A stretch of DNA of 64,000 bases from Candidatus Altimarinota bacterium (GCA_046314355.1 JBKBWQ010000001.1:1248001-1312000), one strand, 5' to 3'; counted from the stretch's first letter, positions 47,532 to 59,335 are shown. The notes: generated from the letters alone by a model not told the origin. Numbers and translations: made by a program.

Positions 47532-47996
47532 TTATTTCTGTATGCTTTTTTGTGTGTTTATCAATTTGTATACATCTTCATATACCTCATCGACGCAACG
47601 TAGTGTGAAATACGCCACAGCACCCTTTACAAGTAATGCCATAGCAATACATAGAAGAAATATATTCCCCTCAGTTCTATAGAGTAACATTCCTATAAAG
47701 CTGAGAAAAGCAGAAACGCCTCCAAATCCTCCTATAACTATAATGTCACTAAATATACCAACCATATACTCTCTGGATGACACGCCATCAGTGTCCAACC
47801 TTATAAGCATAGTAACAGGTCCTCTTTTCCAATGAAGTGTTGCCACAAGCGTGTAGAGAGCTCCCATTGGAACGATATTTTTAAGCGCACTATATGTAAA
47901 ATGCTGAGCATTCATGCCCTCATAGAGACATATAATATCGGGAGTCAAGACTCCTAAGAACAATATCAGTACTTCAAAGTATGAAGTATTCTTCAT
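47532..47996 (-). CDS. Orphan membrane protein (~4 TM)
   Basis: AGGAGG SD; TTGACA-N16-TATTTT (48033-48060). Confidence 0.7.
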   Translation of the reverse strand: MKNTSYFEVLILFLGVLTPDIICLYEGMNAQHFTYSALKNIVPMGALYTLVATLHWKRGPVTMLIRLDTDGVSSREYMVGIFSDIIVIGGFGGVSAFLSFIGMLLYRTEGNIFLLCIAMALLVKGAVAYFTLRCVDEVYEDVYKLINTQKSIQK

Positions 47997-48178
47997 CACT
48001 ATTTTCCTCCTTCTTTTTATTTTAGTGTTCGCAAAATACTCTAAATAAATAATTTGTCAAAATTTCTACAGGAAAAGGCATGTATAGAGGTCATGCAAAA
48101 ACATTATTTTTACCTTTCTCGAATGTACAGACTTACGATATACTTCTTCTGTTATTCTATATCTTCTCTTAAGTTCTC

Positions 48179-48586
48179 ATGTCCCAAGACTTCCTCATAT
48201 TACTGCTGGTAACACTTACATCACTCCTTGTCTGCTTTATATTTTCAGTCGTCATCGGTCTCAAACGAAGAAAACATAAGATCGCTGCACCTGCTATGGT
48301 AGGACACCCTGAGGTAGAAAGTGCGATACGCGTGCATTACAATACTATTGAGCAGATCATTCTCTTCCTCCCATCTCTCTGGATGTTCTGGTATCTCGTA
48401 TCTCCACTTTGGGCAAATATCCTGGGTATGATCTGGATAGTAGGACGAGTGCTCTACGCTCTCGGATACTACAACTCTCCGCTTAAAAGATATCCTGGTC
48501 ATCTTTTGACTCTTCTTCCGCTCTTTATCCTCATGTTTGGAAGTATGTTTGTCATCATCGCGCAGCTTGTAGGTATGCGGATGTAA
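48179..48586 (+). CDS. MAPEG family membrane protein
   Basis: RVHYNTIEQ..FLP; WIVGRVLYALGY. Confidence 0.9.
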   Translation: MSQDFLILLLVTLTSLLVCFIFSVVIGLKRRKHKIAAPAMVGHPEVESAIRVHYNTIEQIILFLPSLWMFWYLVSPLWANILGMIWIVGRVLYALGYYNSPLKRYPGHLLTLLPLFILMFGSMFVIIAQLVGMRM

Positions 48587-48643
48587 GAGAGTATATGTAG
48601 AAAAGGATCTCTAGAGATAGAGATCCTTTTTTTGTACTGTGTT

Positions 48644-49099
48644 TTAATTCATATTTTTGTAATATTGAGTCTGCCGCTCAGTTCTTATGTACTGAAAGAG
48701 GTAGAGTGTAACCATGGCTGCCTGGGTAGTAAAACTGAACCTCAGATGCCAGATCTTATCTAAATGCATCTCAGGATCTGCATATGTCCCCGCAGTGTAA
48801 GCTGCATAGCTGATCAGCATGCCGCATACGGCAGCACAGCCAGCAGATACGAATACTGATCTCTTAAAGCGCTTCCAAACAGCTGGGCTTAAGCCATAGC
48901 GTTTGTTGAGCATCTGATAGAGCATGGTCTTCACCGCAACTTCCATCATAAAGACTAAAGTTACTGTATAGGGTATACCTGCTATAAGACATATAAGGAG
49001 TGGAAAGCCTACCTGTCCCATATAAAATGATAAGGTATGCAGTGCCAGTAATCCTAGTACCAATATTGTTGTTTGCATGAACATTAACCCCAATTCCAT
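48644..49099 (-). CDS. Orphan membrane protein (~4 TM)
   Basis: AAGGAGG SD; TTGACA-N16-TACTTT (49134-49161). Confidence 0.7.
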   Translation of the reverse strand: MELGLMFMQTTILVLGLLALHTLSFYMGQVGFPLLICLIAGIPYTVTLVFMMEVAVKTMLYQMLNKRYGLSPAVWKRFKRSVFVSAGCAAVCGMLISYAAYTAGTYADPEMHLDKIWHLRFSFTTQAAMVTLYLFQYIRTERQTQYYKNMN

Positions 49100-49321
49100 A
49101 TTGTTTTCCTCCTTTGTTTGTATGTGTGGAGGTAAAGTAGTCTTTTTATAAGATTTGTCAATTGATGTGAGTGGAGATAAGAAATATATAATAAAAACAG
49201 AGATTTCCCCTCAAAAGAAGTCTCTGTTTTATTTATGTACATATGATTACTATTATACTGTAGTTTTACAGTATAACAAAGAAAAAAGAGACCTTTTGAG
49301 AAGTCCCTTTGAGCATTTGTA

Positions 49322-49828
49322 TTATTTTAACGAATTTTTAGTTTTATGTATTTTAATTTTTTCCTCAAGATTTTCCAATGTGTGTATCACGTTGTATATA
49401 ATGAGGACGATGCTGAGATGGGTGATGATAAGGTAGATGAAGCTGCCGAAGTATACTCCGTACTTTACGCAAAGCCCGCCTTCATAGGCACATACAGCAA
49501 CCACTGCTCCGAGGGTGCCAGTAGTTATAATGCTATATACAAGATTATCCATGTAGAAAGTTTTTTCCTCCTCAGTAGGCGCCCTACGCTTGGTCTGCTC
49601 TTCGTAGAGCTGCCTCCAGGTATCTACTTCAAAGATACCTACAAATACTAAAGCGCATACAAATCCTAGAGAGCAAAAGTCCATAGGTTCATATTCTAAA
49701 GATGATATTATCCCTAAAAAGAATAAGAAAGCAGTACCGAAGATGAAACAATATTTGCATAAGTCGGCTTTGTACTTTACCTCCGGTGAGATAGCAGAAT
49801 ATTTTTCATAGATCTCTTCCTCTGTCAT
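49322..49828 (-). CDS. Orphan membrane protein (~4 TM)
   Basis: AAGGAGG SD before MTEEEI; TTGACA-N16-TATGCT (49866-49893). Confidence 0.7.
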   Translation of the reverse strand: MTEEEIYEKYSAISPEVKYKADLCKYCFIFGTAFLFFLGIISSLEYEPMDFCSLGFVCALVFVGIFEVDTWRQLYEEQTKRRAPTEEEKTFYMDNLVYSIITTGTLGAVVAVCAYEGGLCVKYGVYFGSFIYLIITHLSIVLIIYNVIHTLENLEEKIKIHKTKNSLK

Positions 49829-50017
49829 ACACCCCTCCTTTTTTTCAAAAATATTTGTTTTGCATAGCATAGAGATAAGCAGAAAGATGTCAATGGTTTG
49901 AAATGGAGATGTGGAGAAGTATCAAATGCAGTTTTAAAGTGGGATACTGAACTCATTGACAAATGTAAAAATATGTCTATAAGTTGTTTAAAAAAATATT
50001 AGAAAGGAGAAATAAAA

Positions 50018-50629
50018 ATGACAACAGTAGATGGAAAGACATTGATCTCTATGGTGCTGGAAAATGGAATGGATCATAAAAAGTTTCTGGAACTCATAGA
50101 TACGGGATGCAGGGGAAATGATATCCTGACCATGCCTATCTCTCTAGAATATCTGGAAGCGGAACTGATCCTGGTACAGGAGCTCATAGAACAGAGTAAT
50201 ATGAACTTCTCCATCAAGCAGGAGAAAGTAAAAGCATTTACTTTGAAGACAAATGAGTACGAGAAAGTTTTGCTCTCTAGTCCGAGTCTAGAGCAAAAGG
50301 CATTTGCAGGAAAAATCATACGATTCTTCCGCCTGCTCGTACGCGGAGTGACGGTCAAACCGGTATCTGATCAGAAGGATCTGTTGGGATATGAAGCGTT
50401 CAATCTCTATATGGCTTGCAAGTGCTATCTGGAAGTACAGGCGATCTATAATGCATATCAAAGGACTCTCGCGATCTGTCCCGAAGAATTGCTCGCAAGG
50501 GCAATGGTAAGTGATATCGTAGCTCTGTATAAAAGACTGCGTGAGACAAAATTAGGAATCGTAGAAATGTCTTGGCGGCATTGCCTTACAATCGATAGAT
50601 TGGTGAGGATGATGGAGTCTGGACGGTGA
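50018..50629 (+). CDS. Hypothetical helical protein (203 aa)
   Basis: AAGGAG SD; TTGACA-N16-TATAAG; terminator-like sequence after the stop. Confidence 0.7.
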   Translation: MTTVDGKTLISMVLENGMDHKKFLELIDTGCRGNDILTMPISLEYLEAELILVQELIEQSNMNFSIKQEKVKAFTLKTNEYEKVLLSSPSLEQKAFAGKIIRFFRLLVRGVTVKPVSDQKDLLGYEAFNLYMACKCYLEVQAIYNAYQRTLAICPEELLARAMVSDIVALYKRLRETKLGIVEMSWRHCLTIDRLVRMMESGR

Positions 50630-50767
50630 AAGGAATGAGGGGGCAGGGATGCTCCTTTTTTTTGTAGATTGGTAAAAAGAAGATGAAATATTATTTTAGC
50701 TGTAAATAAATCTATGCAGAAGTAAAATGTAGTCTAAGAAAGAAAAACTATACTTCACCTCACATAC

Positions 50768-51124
50768 ATGTCACAAGATCCAAGGTTTCAAAAAGTTATT
50801 GATCGTATCAATAACTTTAGAGAAGCACGAGAATGGAAACAGTTCCACAGTCCAAAGAACTTAGCGATGTCTCTTGCTATGGAAGCTAGTGAGGTAATGG
50901 AGTTTTTTCAATGGTGTTCTACGGAAGAAGCACGGGAAGTAGTAAAGAAAAAAAATGATGCTTTGAGTGAAGAACTAGCAGATGTAGGTATCTATCTCCT
51001 TCAGCTTTGTGAAGAGTCTGGAGTGGATTTACTCTCGGCTATAGAAAGAAAAATGGATATTAATGAGAGCAAATATCCAGTAGAAAAAGCTAAAGGAAAT
51101 GCTACAAAATATAACGAACTATAA
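50768..51124 (+). CDS. MazG-like nucleotide pyrophosphohydrolase (DCTPP1-like)
   Basis: FREAREWKQFHSPKNLAMSLAMEASEVMEFFQW; EELADV; KYPVEKAKG..KYNEL. Confidence 0.93.
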   Translation: MSQDPRFQKVIDRINNFREAREWKQFHSPKNLAMSLAMEASEVMEFFQWCSTEEAREVVKKKNDALSEELADVGIYLLQLCEESGVDLLSAIERKMDINESKYPVEKAKGNATKYNEL

Positions 51125-51125
51125 T

Positions 51126-52970
51126 ATGATTCTCTACAAAGCAACGGCAGGTGAGTTTTGTGAAGCAGTGGATGATAATAAGATTGCAGATTTAGTGGAG
51201 AAGACTTTTGCTGTAAAGCTTGGACATCGAGTAAATCAAAGTCAGAAAAGAGCATTCATCAATTCTCTTCCAGCTATGGAGAGAGTTCTCAGACGTGCTG
51301 CTGTTCCTAGTGATTGTGGAATTTTGATTGAATATATTATCCCTCTAACTTCTAATCGTATCGATTTTGTGATTGCAGGGGAAGACAGTATGGGTAAGAA
51401 AAATGTAGTAATCATCGAATTGAAACAGTGGGACTTGGCTCAAAGCACTGATATGGATGGAGTTGTAAAAACTTTTATTGGTGGAGGAAATATAGAGACT
51501 ACACATCCAAGTTACCAAGCAAATTCATATAAAACTTTTCTGGGAGATTTTAATGAGCATATTTTTAACGGAACTATAAGAGCATATGCCTGTGCATATC
51601 TTCATAATTATCCCCTCCATAATCCTGAACCATTGAAGGCGGAGATTTATCAAAATGTGATCGAAGAAGCTCCTCTTTATTTGAAAGATGATGTCTCTCT
51701 TCTTGCAGATTTTATACAGAAGCATGTGGGAAAAGGAAAAGGCATGAATATTTTATATGAAGTGGATTCAGGAAAGATTCGTCCAAGTAAACAGCTTATT
51801 GATTATGTTTCTAGTATGTATCAAGGAAACCAGGAGTTTGTGCTGCTTGATGAACAGAAGATTGCTTATGAAACTGCGAAGAATATAGCAAAAAAGAATG
51901 AAGGGAAATCCGTAATCATTATCAATGGTGGACCTGGAACTGGTAAATCAGTGCTTTCAATGAATCTTCTTGGAGGACTTCTCAAGGAGAATCTCAATGT
52001 GGCTTTTGTAGCTCCAAATGCTTCTTATCGCGATACTCTTATTGATAAATTGGCACAGAATGAAAGAAGGACTAGATTGTATCACTTATTCAAAGGATCT
52101 GCAGGATTTACACATGAGAACGCCGATATGTTTGATGTACTTGTAGTAGATGAAGCGCATCGTTTGAAGAAGCGTGGCGCTTATCAGTATAAAGGTGAGA
52201 ATCAAGTGGAGGATCTTGTGAAAGTTGCAAAGACTACGATCTTCTTTATTGATGATGATCAGATGATTCGTCCTGACGATATTGGATCTGTAAAAGAGAT
52301 CAGAAGAGTAGCTGAAAAGTTTGGTGCACAGATCTCTGAGATAGAGTTAGTAGCTCAGTTTCGATGTGCGGGTGCTGAAGGGTATGTGAATTGGGTGAAT
52401 GATATTTTACAGATTAAAGAGACTGCAAACTTTGATGGATGGGATCAGAAGGACTTTGATTTCAAAATCTTTGATAATCCAAATGAGATGCGAGCGGCTA
52501 TTCAGAAGAAGCATGAGGAAGGATATAATGCTCGAATGCTTGCTGGATATGCATGGAAGTGGACAGGGCAGAAAGATGGTAATGCGAATGGTGAAGTGAA
52601 TGATGTGGTGATTCCGGTGTTTGACTTTAGTATGCCGTGGAATAGTCGAAAGGTGGGGACTACTTGGGCGAGCGATCCGAGAGGGATTCATCAGCTTGGA
52701 TGTGTACATACTTCTCAGGGATTGGAGTTTGATTATGTGGGAATTATTGTGGGAAAAGATCTAAGTTTTGACCCTGTTAGTTTAAAGTACACGACTGATT
52801 GGAGTGAATATAAGGATGCTACGGGAAAAAAGGGATTGAAAGATAATCCTGAGGAGTTGAATCGGTTTGTGAGGAATATTTATAGGGTATTAATGACGAG
52901 GGGGAAGAAGGGGTGTTATGTGTATTTTATGGATGAGGAGGTTAAAAAACAGTTTAAGGATATTAAATAG
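51126..52970 (+). CDS. DUF2075 (Schlafen-group-3-like) helicase with N-terminal PD-(D/E)xK-like domain
   Basis: IEY..RIDF..IIELKQW; HPSYQ; GGPGTGKS; VDEAHRL; QFRCAG; GCVHTSQGLEFDYVG; YRVLMTRG. Confidence 0.9.
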   Translation: MILYKATAGEFCEAVDDNKIADLVEKTFAVKLGHRVNQSQKRAFINSLPAMERVLRRAAVPSDCGILIEYIIPLTSNRIDFVIAGEDSMGKKNVVIIELKQWDLAQSTDMDGVVKTFIGGGNIETTHPSYQANSYKTFLGDFNEHIFNGTIRAYACAYLHNYPLHNPEPLKAEIYQNVIEEAPLYLKDDVSLLADFIQKHVGKGKGMNILYEVDSGKIRPSKQLIDYVSSMYQGNQEFVLLDEQKIAYETAKNIAKKNEGKSVIIINGGPGTGKSVLSMNLLGGLLKENLNVAFVAPNASYRDTLIDKLAQNERRTRLYHLFKGSAGFTHENADMFDVLVVDEAHRLKKRGAYQYKGENQVEDLVKVAKTTIFFIDDDQMIRPDDIGSVKEIRRVAEKFGAQISEIELVAQFRCAGAEGYVNWVNDILQIKETANFDGWDQKDFDFKIFDNPNEMRAAIQKKHEEGYNARMLAGYAWKWTGQKDGNANGEVNDVVIPVFDFSMPWNSRKVGTTWASDPRGIHQLGCVHTSQGLEFDYVGIIVGKDLSFDPVSLKYTTDWSEYKDATGKKGLKDNPEELNRFVRNIYRVLMTRGKKGCYVYFMDEEVKKQFKDIK

Positions 52971-52999
52971 GAGAATTTTTTAATCTATCTTAAAAATGT

Positions 53000-53236
53000 T
53001 TAAAAAAAATAACTACTAATAGATATTAGTACAGGTTTAAGAATATTGTTCCAAATTGTCGGAAGATTTAGAGTGCCCACTGCTCCTCCCGTTAACCAGA
53101 GGAGGTTTTTTAGTAAATCTCTTCCAATAATTAAAAATTCTCCTTTTGGTTTGTTAATAATAGCTAAATCGATGTCTCTTTTATAGACATATTTATTACA
53201 TTTTTGAGTGTAGCTTTTTTGAGATGTTGATGCCAT
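53000..53236 (-). CDS. Small hypothetical protein
   Basis: 78-aa ORF downstream of the 53267 ORF, with a hydrophobic C-terminus. Confidence 0.4.
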   Translation of the reverse strand: MASTSQKSYTQKCNKYVYKRDIDLAIINKPKGEFLIIGRDLLKNLLWLTGGAVGTLNLPTIWNNILKPVLISISSYFF

Positions 53237-53266
53237 ATATTGCTTTTTAGAATTATATTTTTTGTT

Positions 53267-53710
53267 CTAAAAAGGCACATCTTCGATTGAAATTTCTTCT
53301 TCTTGTTCTCGATCTGTTATTTTTTGATTCGGTAACCTAAACTCACCCTCACCTGTGAAGATTAACTCATCTCGATTATCACTTTTTCTCTTTAAGTATG
53401 CGTAAAGAGCTTTTTCATTTAAATCGTCCTTCCATCCGATATTTTTCATTTCCGTAAAGATTTCCCTGTATGAAGAACTTTGACCTAATCTTTCAAGTGC
53501 TCTTACTATAAAGGGCCATTTATCGATGTTTCTATTTTTTCGATGTTGCTCTTCATCTATTCCAAATTGCTCAAACATTTCTAAAGCATGTTTAAGTTTA
53601 AAGTACTCTTGTTCTAGTTTATTTAGCTCACTTTGTTTTGTTTCGTAAAGCTGTTTGATAGTTTCAAACTTGTCCTTTATAAGTGTTTCAGGTAAGATTC
53701 TCTCGCTCAT
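53267..53710 (-). CDS. Coiled-coil + winged-helix-like protein with acidic SSB-like tail
   Basis: Ends EEEISIEDVPF; TTGACA-N17-TAAGAT upstream. Confidence 0.7.
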   Translation of the reverse strand: MSERILPETLIKDKFETIKQLYETKQSELNKLEQEYFKLKHALEMFEQFGIDEEQHRKNRNIDKWPFIVRALERLGQSSSYREIFTEMKNIGWKDDLNEKALYAYLKRKSDNRDELIFTGEGEFRLPNQKITDREQEEEISIEDVPF

Positions 53711-54263
53711 AGAAATATGAGAATAAATGAATAAATGTGTCTACTTTGATCTAGTTTAAGCATCTTGATCTTAGCAGGCATGTTTACTCGTGTCAAATTT
53801 TAGACATGCTTTACGGGTACGCGTAACTTGTGATTATTAAGAATATGTTTACTGTAAATGCTTAACGTGAGTTACGAATCGTTATTTTTTTCGTAACTTT
53901 TATATAAAAACGTTCTAGATATGTTTCTTAAGTAATAATTTTTAAAATTTGTAGTATTAATATGCTTCCACTTTACTTACATAGAGGGGCAATTTTATTC
54001 TATAAATATTTTCTACGTACTAATAAAAATTTTGCTTTCTCAGAAGATCTAAATACCTATCGATGGTTCTGAAATGCATTTTAATAAGAAAATATAAGTT
54101 ATACAGTATACATCTTTGTATGAATTGAGAAAGCCTAGAGATTCCTTCTCGTATTTTCAGCGATATAGAAGGAGTGTTAGGAATTTGATTTTTCCCTTAT
54201 TTTCTCTTCCATTCAAGCAAGTCCTCACGTACAATCCCCACACTAACCTAAAATTATACGCTC

Positions 54264-55772
<1,509 letters not shown>

Positions 55773-55775
55773 AGA

Positions 55776-56363
55776 TTACCTTACTTGATGATCTAGAGAG
55801 ACTTTGCGCTTATACACTTCGCTGAAATATGCTCTTAGATCCTCGGCTGTTACCTGAGCAATCTCTGCTTTATCATAGAGCTGAATAATCCAATCATTTG
55901 AGAAGTATAAACAAATAACTTCTACAAGTTCGATAAAAAGATTTGAAAGAATCTGAATCTGTTCATAAGTGCTCTTTGCTTCGGGAAGTTCCTGTACAAG
56001 AGATTGTATAGCTGATTTCCGCGTCTCATTGCGCATATTTTTTTGTACTGTGAGATAGTCTACACAGGCAAAAAGTGCATCCTGGTGCCTTAGGATATTA
56101 TAAGTATCCAGATAATCCTCTAGAGATTTCCTGGTAATTTTAAACTCTCTAGGGTTTTTCGGAAACTTTCCAATACGAGTTAAGGTATCCTTCATGAGAG
56201 AAGCGTCATATTGATTTTCCCTTGAAACGAAAGACGTGAATTCTTTAAAAAACGCATAGTGCTGTGTACAAAACTGCAGTGTGAGCAGCTGATTCTTTGT
56301 ACAAATCTCATCAATGGTCTCTTGTCTTGGGTAATAGGGAAGCTCGTGCATAGGTACATACAA
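55776..56363 (-). CDS. Hypothetical protein (~190 aa)
   Basis: ORF with protein-like composition; no motif recognised. Confidence 0.6.
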   Translation of the reverse strand: MYVPMHELPYYPRQETIDEICTKNQLLTLQFCTQHYAFFKEFTSFVSRENQYDASLMKDTLTRIGKFPKNPREFKITRKSLEDYLDTYNILRHQDALFACVDYLTVQKNMRNETRKSAIQSLVQELPEAKSTYEQIQILSNLFIELVEVICLYFSNDWIIQLYDKAEIAQVTAEDLRAYFSEVYKRKVSLDHQVR

Positions 56364-56458
56364 AATTTAGTGCCAGAATACTAATTAATATTTAGTATAA
56401 AGCAATGTTTTTTTATATATACAAGCACTCAAGAAAGAAAAATATCACACTCTATTTT

Positions 56459-59335
56459 CTATAGATCCTTCATGAGATATCCAGAAATCTTTTCTCCAAG
56501 TCTCTTCATTCCGAGGTCTCCAGGATGTGACAGGATACCAGCTATATTTGCCTTTACCTGTTCCTGATTGAACCCTGATCCAAGTTTAGTTTCAAAGTGA
56601 AAAGGAGCTGCACATGGATTCTTTGCTACTTCAGCTAGGTTCATGAGTACGATATGTCCGCATGGCTTTGAAGTGGGATCTGACGAGATGCCTGTAGTAT
56701 CTATAAATGTCACAGTTGGAAATTCCTTGAGTACTTCCTGGATCACAGTATTTTTTGATCCAGTAAGCGGCTCATACCATCCGCTGAGTGCGTATATTTT
56801 TGCATTTGTTCTGTTTTGGATGCTTTTGATCAGATCCCGGTACTGATTTTTAAATTCAGCAAGCCGTATTTGATATGCAGCTGGAGTCTCGTCCTTCACA
56901 TATTGGAGATCATTCTCTGAGAGCTGGATGACGAGATACTCAGGGGCTAATTTCTGTATAGTCTGCTGTATGTTTTCATTGAGATAGCCTGCGACATTGC
57001 CAGCTGAAGGGACATCTTTTCCTGAAAAAGAGACAGTGACGTTTTTACCAGCATTTTTTAGAAGTTTTTCCACTTGATGCACATAGTCATTCTCAATGGA
57101 AGTTGCTGCCATTCCCCAGTTGCCGGACCAAGGGAGATTATTGGTAGGACTTGCCGGGGCATGGTGCGTAAGACTATTTCCTATGAAAAGAATCTTAGCA
57201 GGAAGTTTTTCTATAATGATAGGAGCAATGGTCTCTGGTGAGACATTTAAAGTAAATGCCTTGATGGCTTGTGCAAGGGGGCCAAACCATTTGGATGCTA
57301 TCTTTTCTTCTCCAGAGGAATTTGGATGGACATCATCCTGAAGATCCTTGCCTGTGATATCTGTCCACTGATCCACAAGAATAATAGGTGAAGTCTTGGT
57401 AGTAAGCTTTGCTGCAAGATCAGTAAGCATCGTGTTGTATTCGATCACCTTTCCTTGAGCGTGATAGTTACTATACCAGATAGTAGTCGGTATGATCTTC
57501 GCCATCAGGATGACCGCTTTGGGGTTTTGGGTTCGTATCTTTGATATGATAGTCTTCATGTTTTCTACCGCCGCTGAAAGTGGAGTTGACTGGTTTTTAA
57601 GGATATCGTTTGTACCTAGGTGGATCACCACAATGTCAGGATTGGCATCCTTGATCCATGTGTCAAAGCTATAGCTGCTGTTACCATTTATACCCTTCAA
57701 GATATCTCCTGTAGTCCAGCCTGCATGTCCTTCATTATCTGCATCATAGTAAAGAAGTGTATTGGGAGCTCCTTCACGGGCGTTACCGCTTCCTACGAAG
57801 TCAAAGGGTAGGCTTGCGTTTGTGAGCTTCTGCCAGAGTTTGAAGCGGTATCCTCCGTCTTTTGGTGCTGCGTAAGAGTGCTCTGTAATAGAATCTCCCA
57901 GGAGCATGATCCGAGGTTTCCGTTCATTACTCTGTGAAATAATTTCTGTTACACCAATACTTTGCAGAGCTTTTTTATACCGGTCATCTTGAAGTCTGCC
58001 CTCATTCTTTCCGGAAAATTGATAATGAGTATAGGCGGAAGAAATGAGACCTTTTTTCATAACATCAGCAATATCCTGAAAGGCTGAGAGATATAGCTCT
58101 TCGCGGAAGCCGTCATTGAGAGCGCTCACAGCATCTCTATACTCCTGGGTATTTAGTTTTCCTTCAGCTTTTCCTGCATATGTATAATGAAAGAGAGCAG
58201 ATGGAAGAGTGCCGTTTTTTATAGCCTCTTTTATGGTAGGATAAGCCATGATATACGCGTCTGTTGAGAATCCCACATTGAGAGCTTGAGCGGCATGACT
58301 ATACTGTTCATTCTTAAGTTTTTCTTCAGCTTTCCCTGTCTTGAGATAGTGATCAAGAGCGGAAGCATATTTTCCCTCTTTGATAGCTGTCTTGACCTCA
58401 GGAAAAGCTGTCTGATACCGTACAGCATGAAAGCCTTCAGCTGCTGCCTGTGCTGCATTTTTATACTGCTGCTGCTCGAGTCTTTTTTCTGATTTACCCG
58501 CGTAGACATAGTGAAAGTAGCCTGAATACTGCTTTGTTTTGTCTCCGAATTCTACACTTTTCTCTACGTCAGGATAAGCTGTAAGATAGACCTCTTCGTC
58601 ATAGCCTGCATTGACTGCAAGAGCTGCTTTTAGATATGCGATCCTTGTGGTTGTGTAGAAATTCCCAAGATTATTTTTTTGAAAATTATATCCATTCATG
58701 AGATCAGACTCTGTTTCCTGGAGTCTGTATTTATATTCATTCTGGGATTTTGCCTCAAGAAGTAGTACAAGCCGGTAAGCCTTTGCCTGGAAGGATTGGT
58801 TGTTCTTTTGTGTGACGGCTGCGAGATTTGTTTTTGTAAGGGCGTATCCATACCGCGGATCAGTGAGTCTCTTCTCTTTTTTTCCTGCATAAAAGTAATG
58901 AAAATATCCTGAATGAAGACCGGTAGATGTCCCATTTATGATGGCTTGAGTGACATCCGGATTGGCTGCAAGATATGTTTCTTCATCGTATCCTTCTGCT
59001 ATATCGACTGCAGCTTTTTTATATAATTCCAAAATCTGGGAGTAGCCGGATTTACTTAACTCTTTCGTATACTCACTTTTGAGAGCTTCTGCAGACATAT
59101 TTCTTTTTGCTGTATATTCATTTTGAGAAGGTGACAAAAAGAGCAGAGCAGTCCTCAAAGCCTCAGGCTGAAACTGTGTGGAAATGTTTGAATTCGTCTG
59201 CTGAGTGAGGATGTCACTTTGCCAGTATCCTCCGTTCTGTCCGGAGTACAAGCCTATCATAAGTAGGGGTAAGGCGAGGAGCGTAATATTCCGGATACCG
59301 CGTCTGATTTTGAGATTTTTTGTGTTTTTGTTCAT
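56459..59335 (-). CDS. Exported protein with five ~45-55-aa repeats and two SGNH/GDSL hydrolase domains
   Basis: Repeats of G[YF]xxxxY..[NYF]PDV..S..xHY...GKxExRL; LGDSIT..LGTND..DDVHP; IGNSLT..LSEND..HPGDLGM. Confidence 0.88.
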   Translation of the reverse strand: MNKNTKNLKIRRGIRNITLLALPLLMIGLYSGQNGGYWQSDILTQQTNSNISTQFQPEALRTALLFLSPSQNEYTAKRNMSAEALKSEYTKELSKSGYSQILELYKKAAVDIAEGYDEETYLAANPDVTQAIINGTSTGLHSGYFHYFYAGKKEKRLTDPRYGYALTKTNLAAVTQKNNQSFQAKAYRLVLLLEAKSQNEYKYRLQETESDLMNGYNFQKNNLGNFYTTTRIAYLKAALAVNAGYDEEVYLTAYPDVEKSVEFGDKTKQYSGYFHYVYAGKSEKRLEQQQYKNAAQAAAEGFHAVRYQTAFPEVKTAIKEGKYASALDHYLKTGKAEEKLKNEQYSHAAQALNVGFSTDAYIMAYPTIKEAIKNGTLPSALFHYTYAGKAEGKLNTQEYRDAVSALNDGFREELYLSAFQDIADVMKKGLISSAYTHYQFSGKNEGRLQDDRYKKALQSIGVTEIISQSNERKPRIMLLGDSITEHSYAAPKDGGYRFKLWQKLTNASLPFDFVGSGNAREGAPNTLLYYDADNEGHAGWTTGDILKGINGNSSYSFDTWIKDANPDIVVIHLGTNDILKNQSTPLSAAVENMKTIISKIRTQNPKAVILMAKIIPTTIWYSNYHAQGKVIEYNTMLTDLAAKLTTKTSPIILVDQWTDITGKDLQDDVHPNSSGEEKIASKWFGPLAQAIKAFTLNVSPETIAPIIIEKLPAKILFIGNSLTHHAPASPTNNLPWSGNWGMAATSIENDYVHQVEKLLKNAGKNVTVSFSGKDVPSAGNVAGYLNENIQQTIQKLAPEYLVIQLSENDLQYVKDETPAAYQIRLAEFKNQYRDLIKSIQNRTNAKIYALSGWYEPLTGSKNTVIQEVLKEFPTVTFIDTTGISSDPTSKPCGHIVLMNLAEVAKNPCAAPFHFETKLGSGFNQEQVKANIAGILSHPGDLGMKRLGEKISGYLMKDL

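Noticed and set aside
41003-50629. Integron cassette array
   Set aside because: Genes alternate in orientation, are separated by ordinary terminators, and no attC-like sites or integrase were seen.
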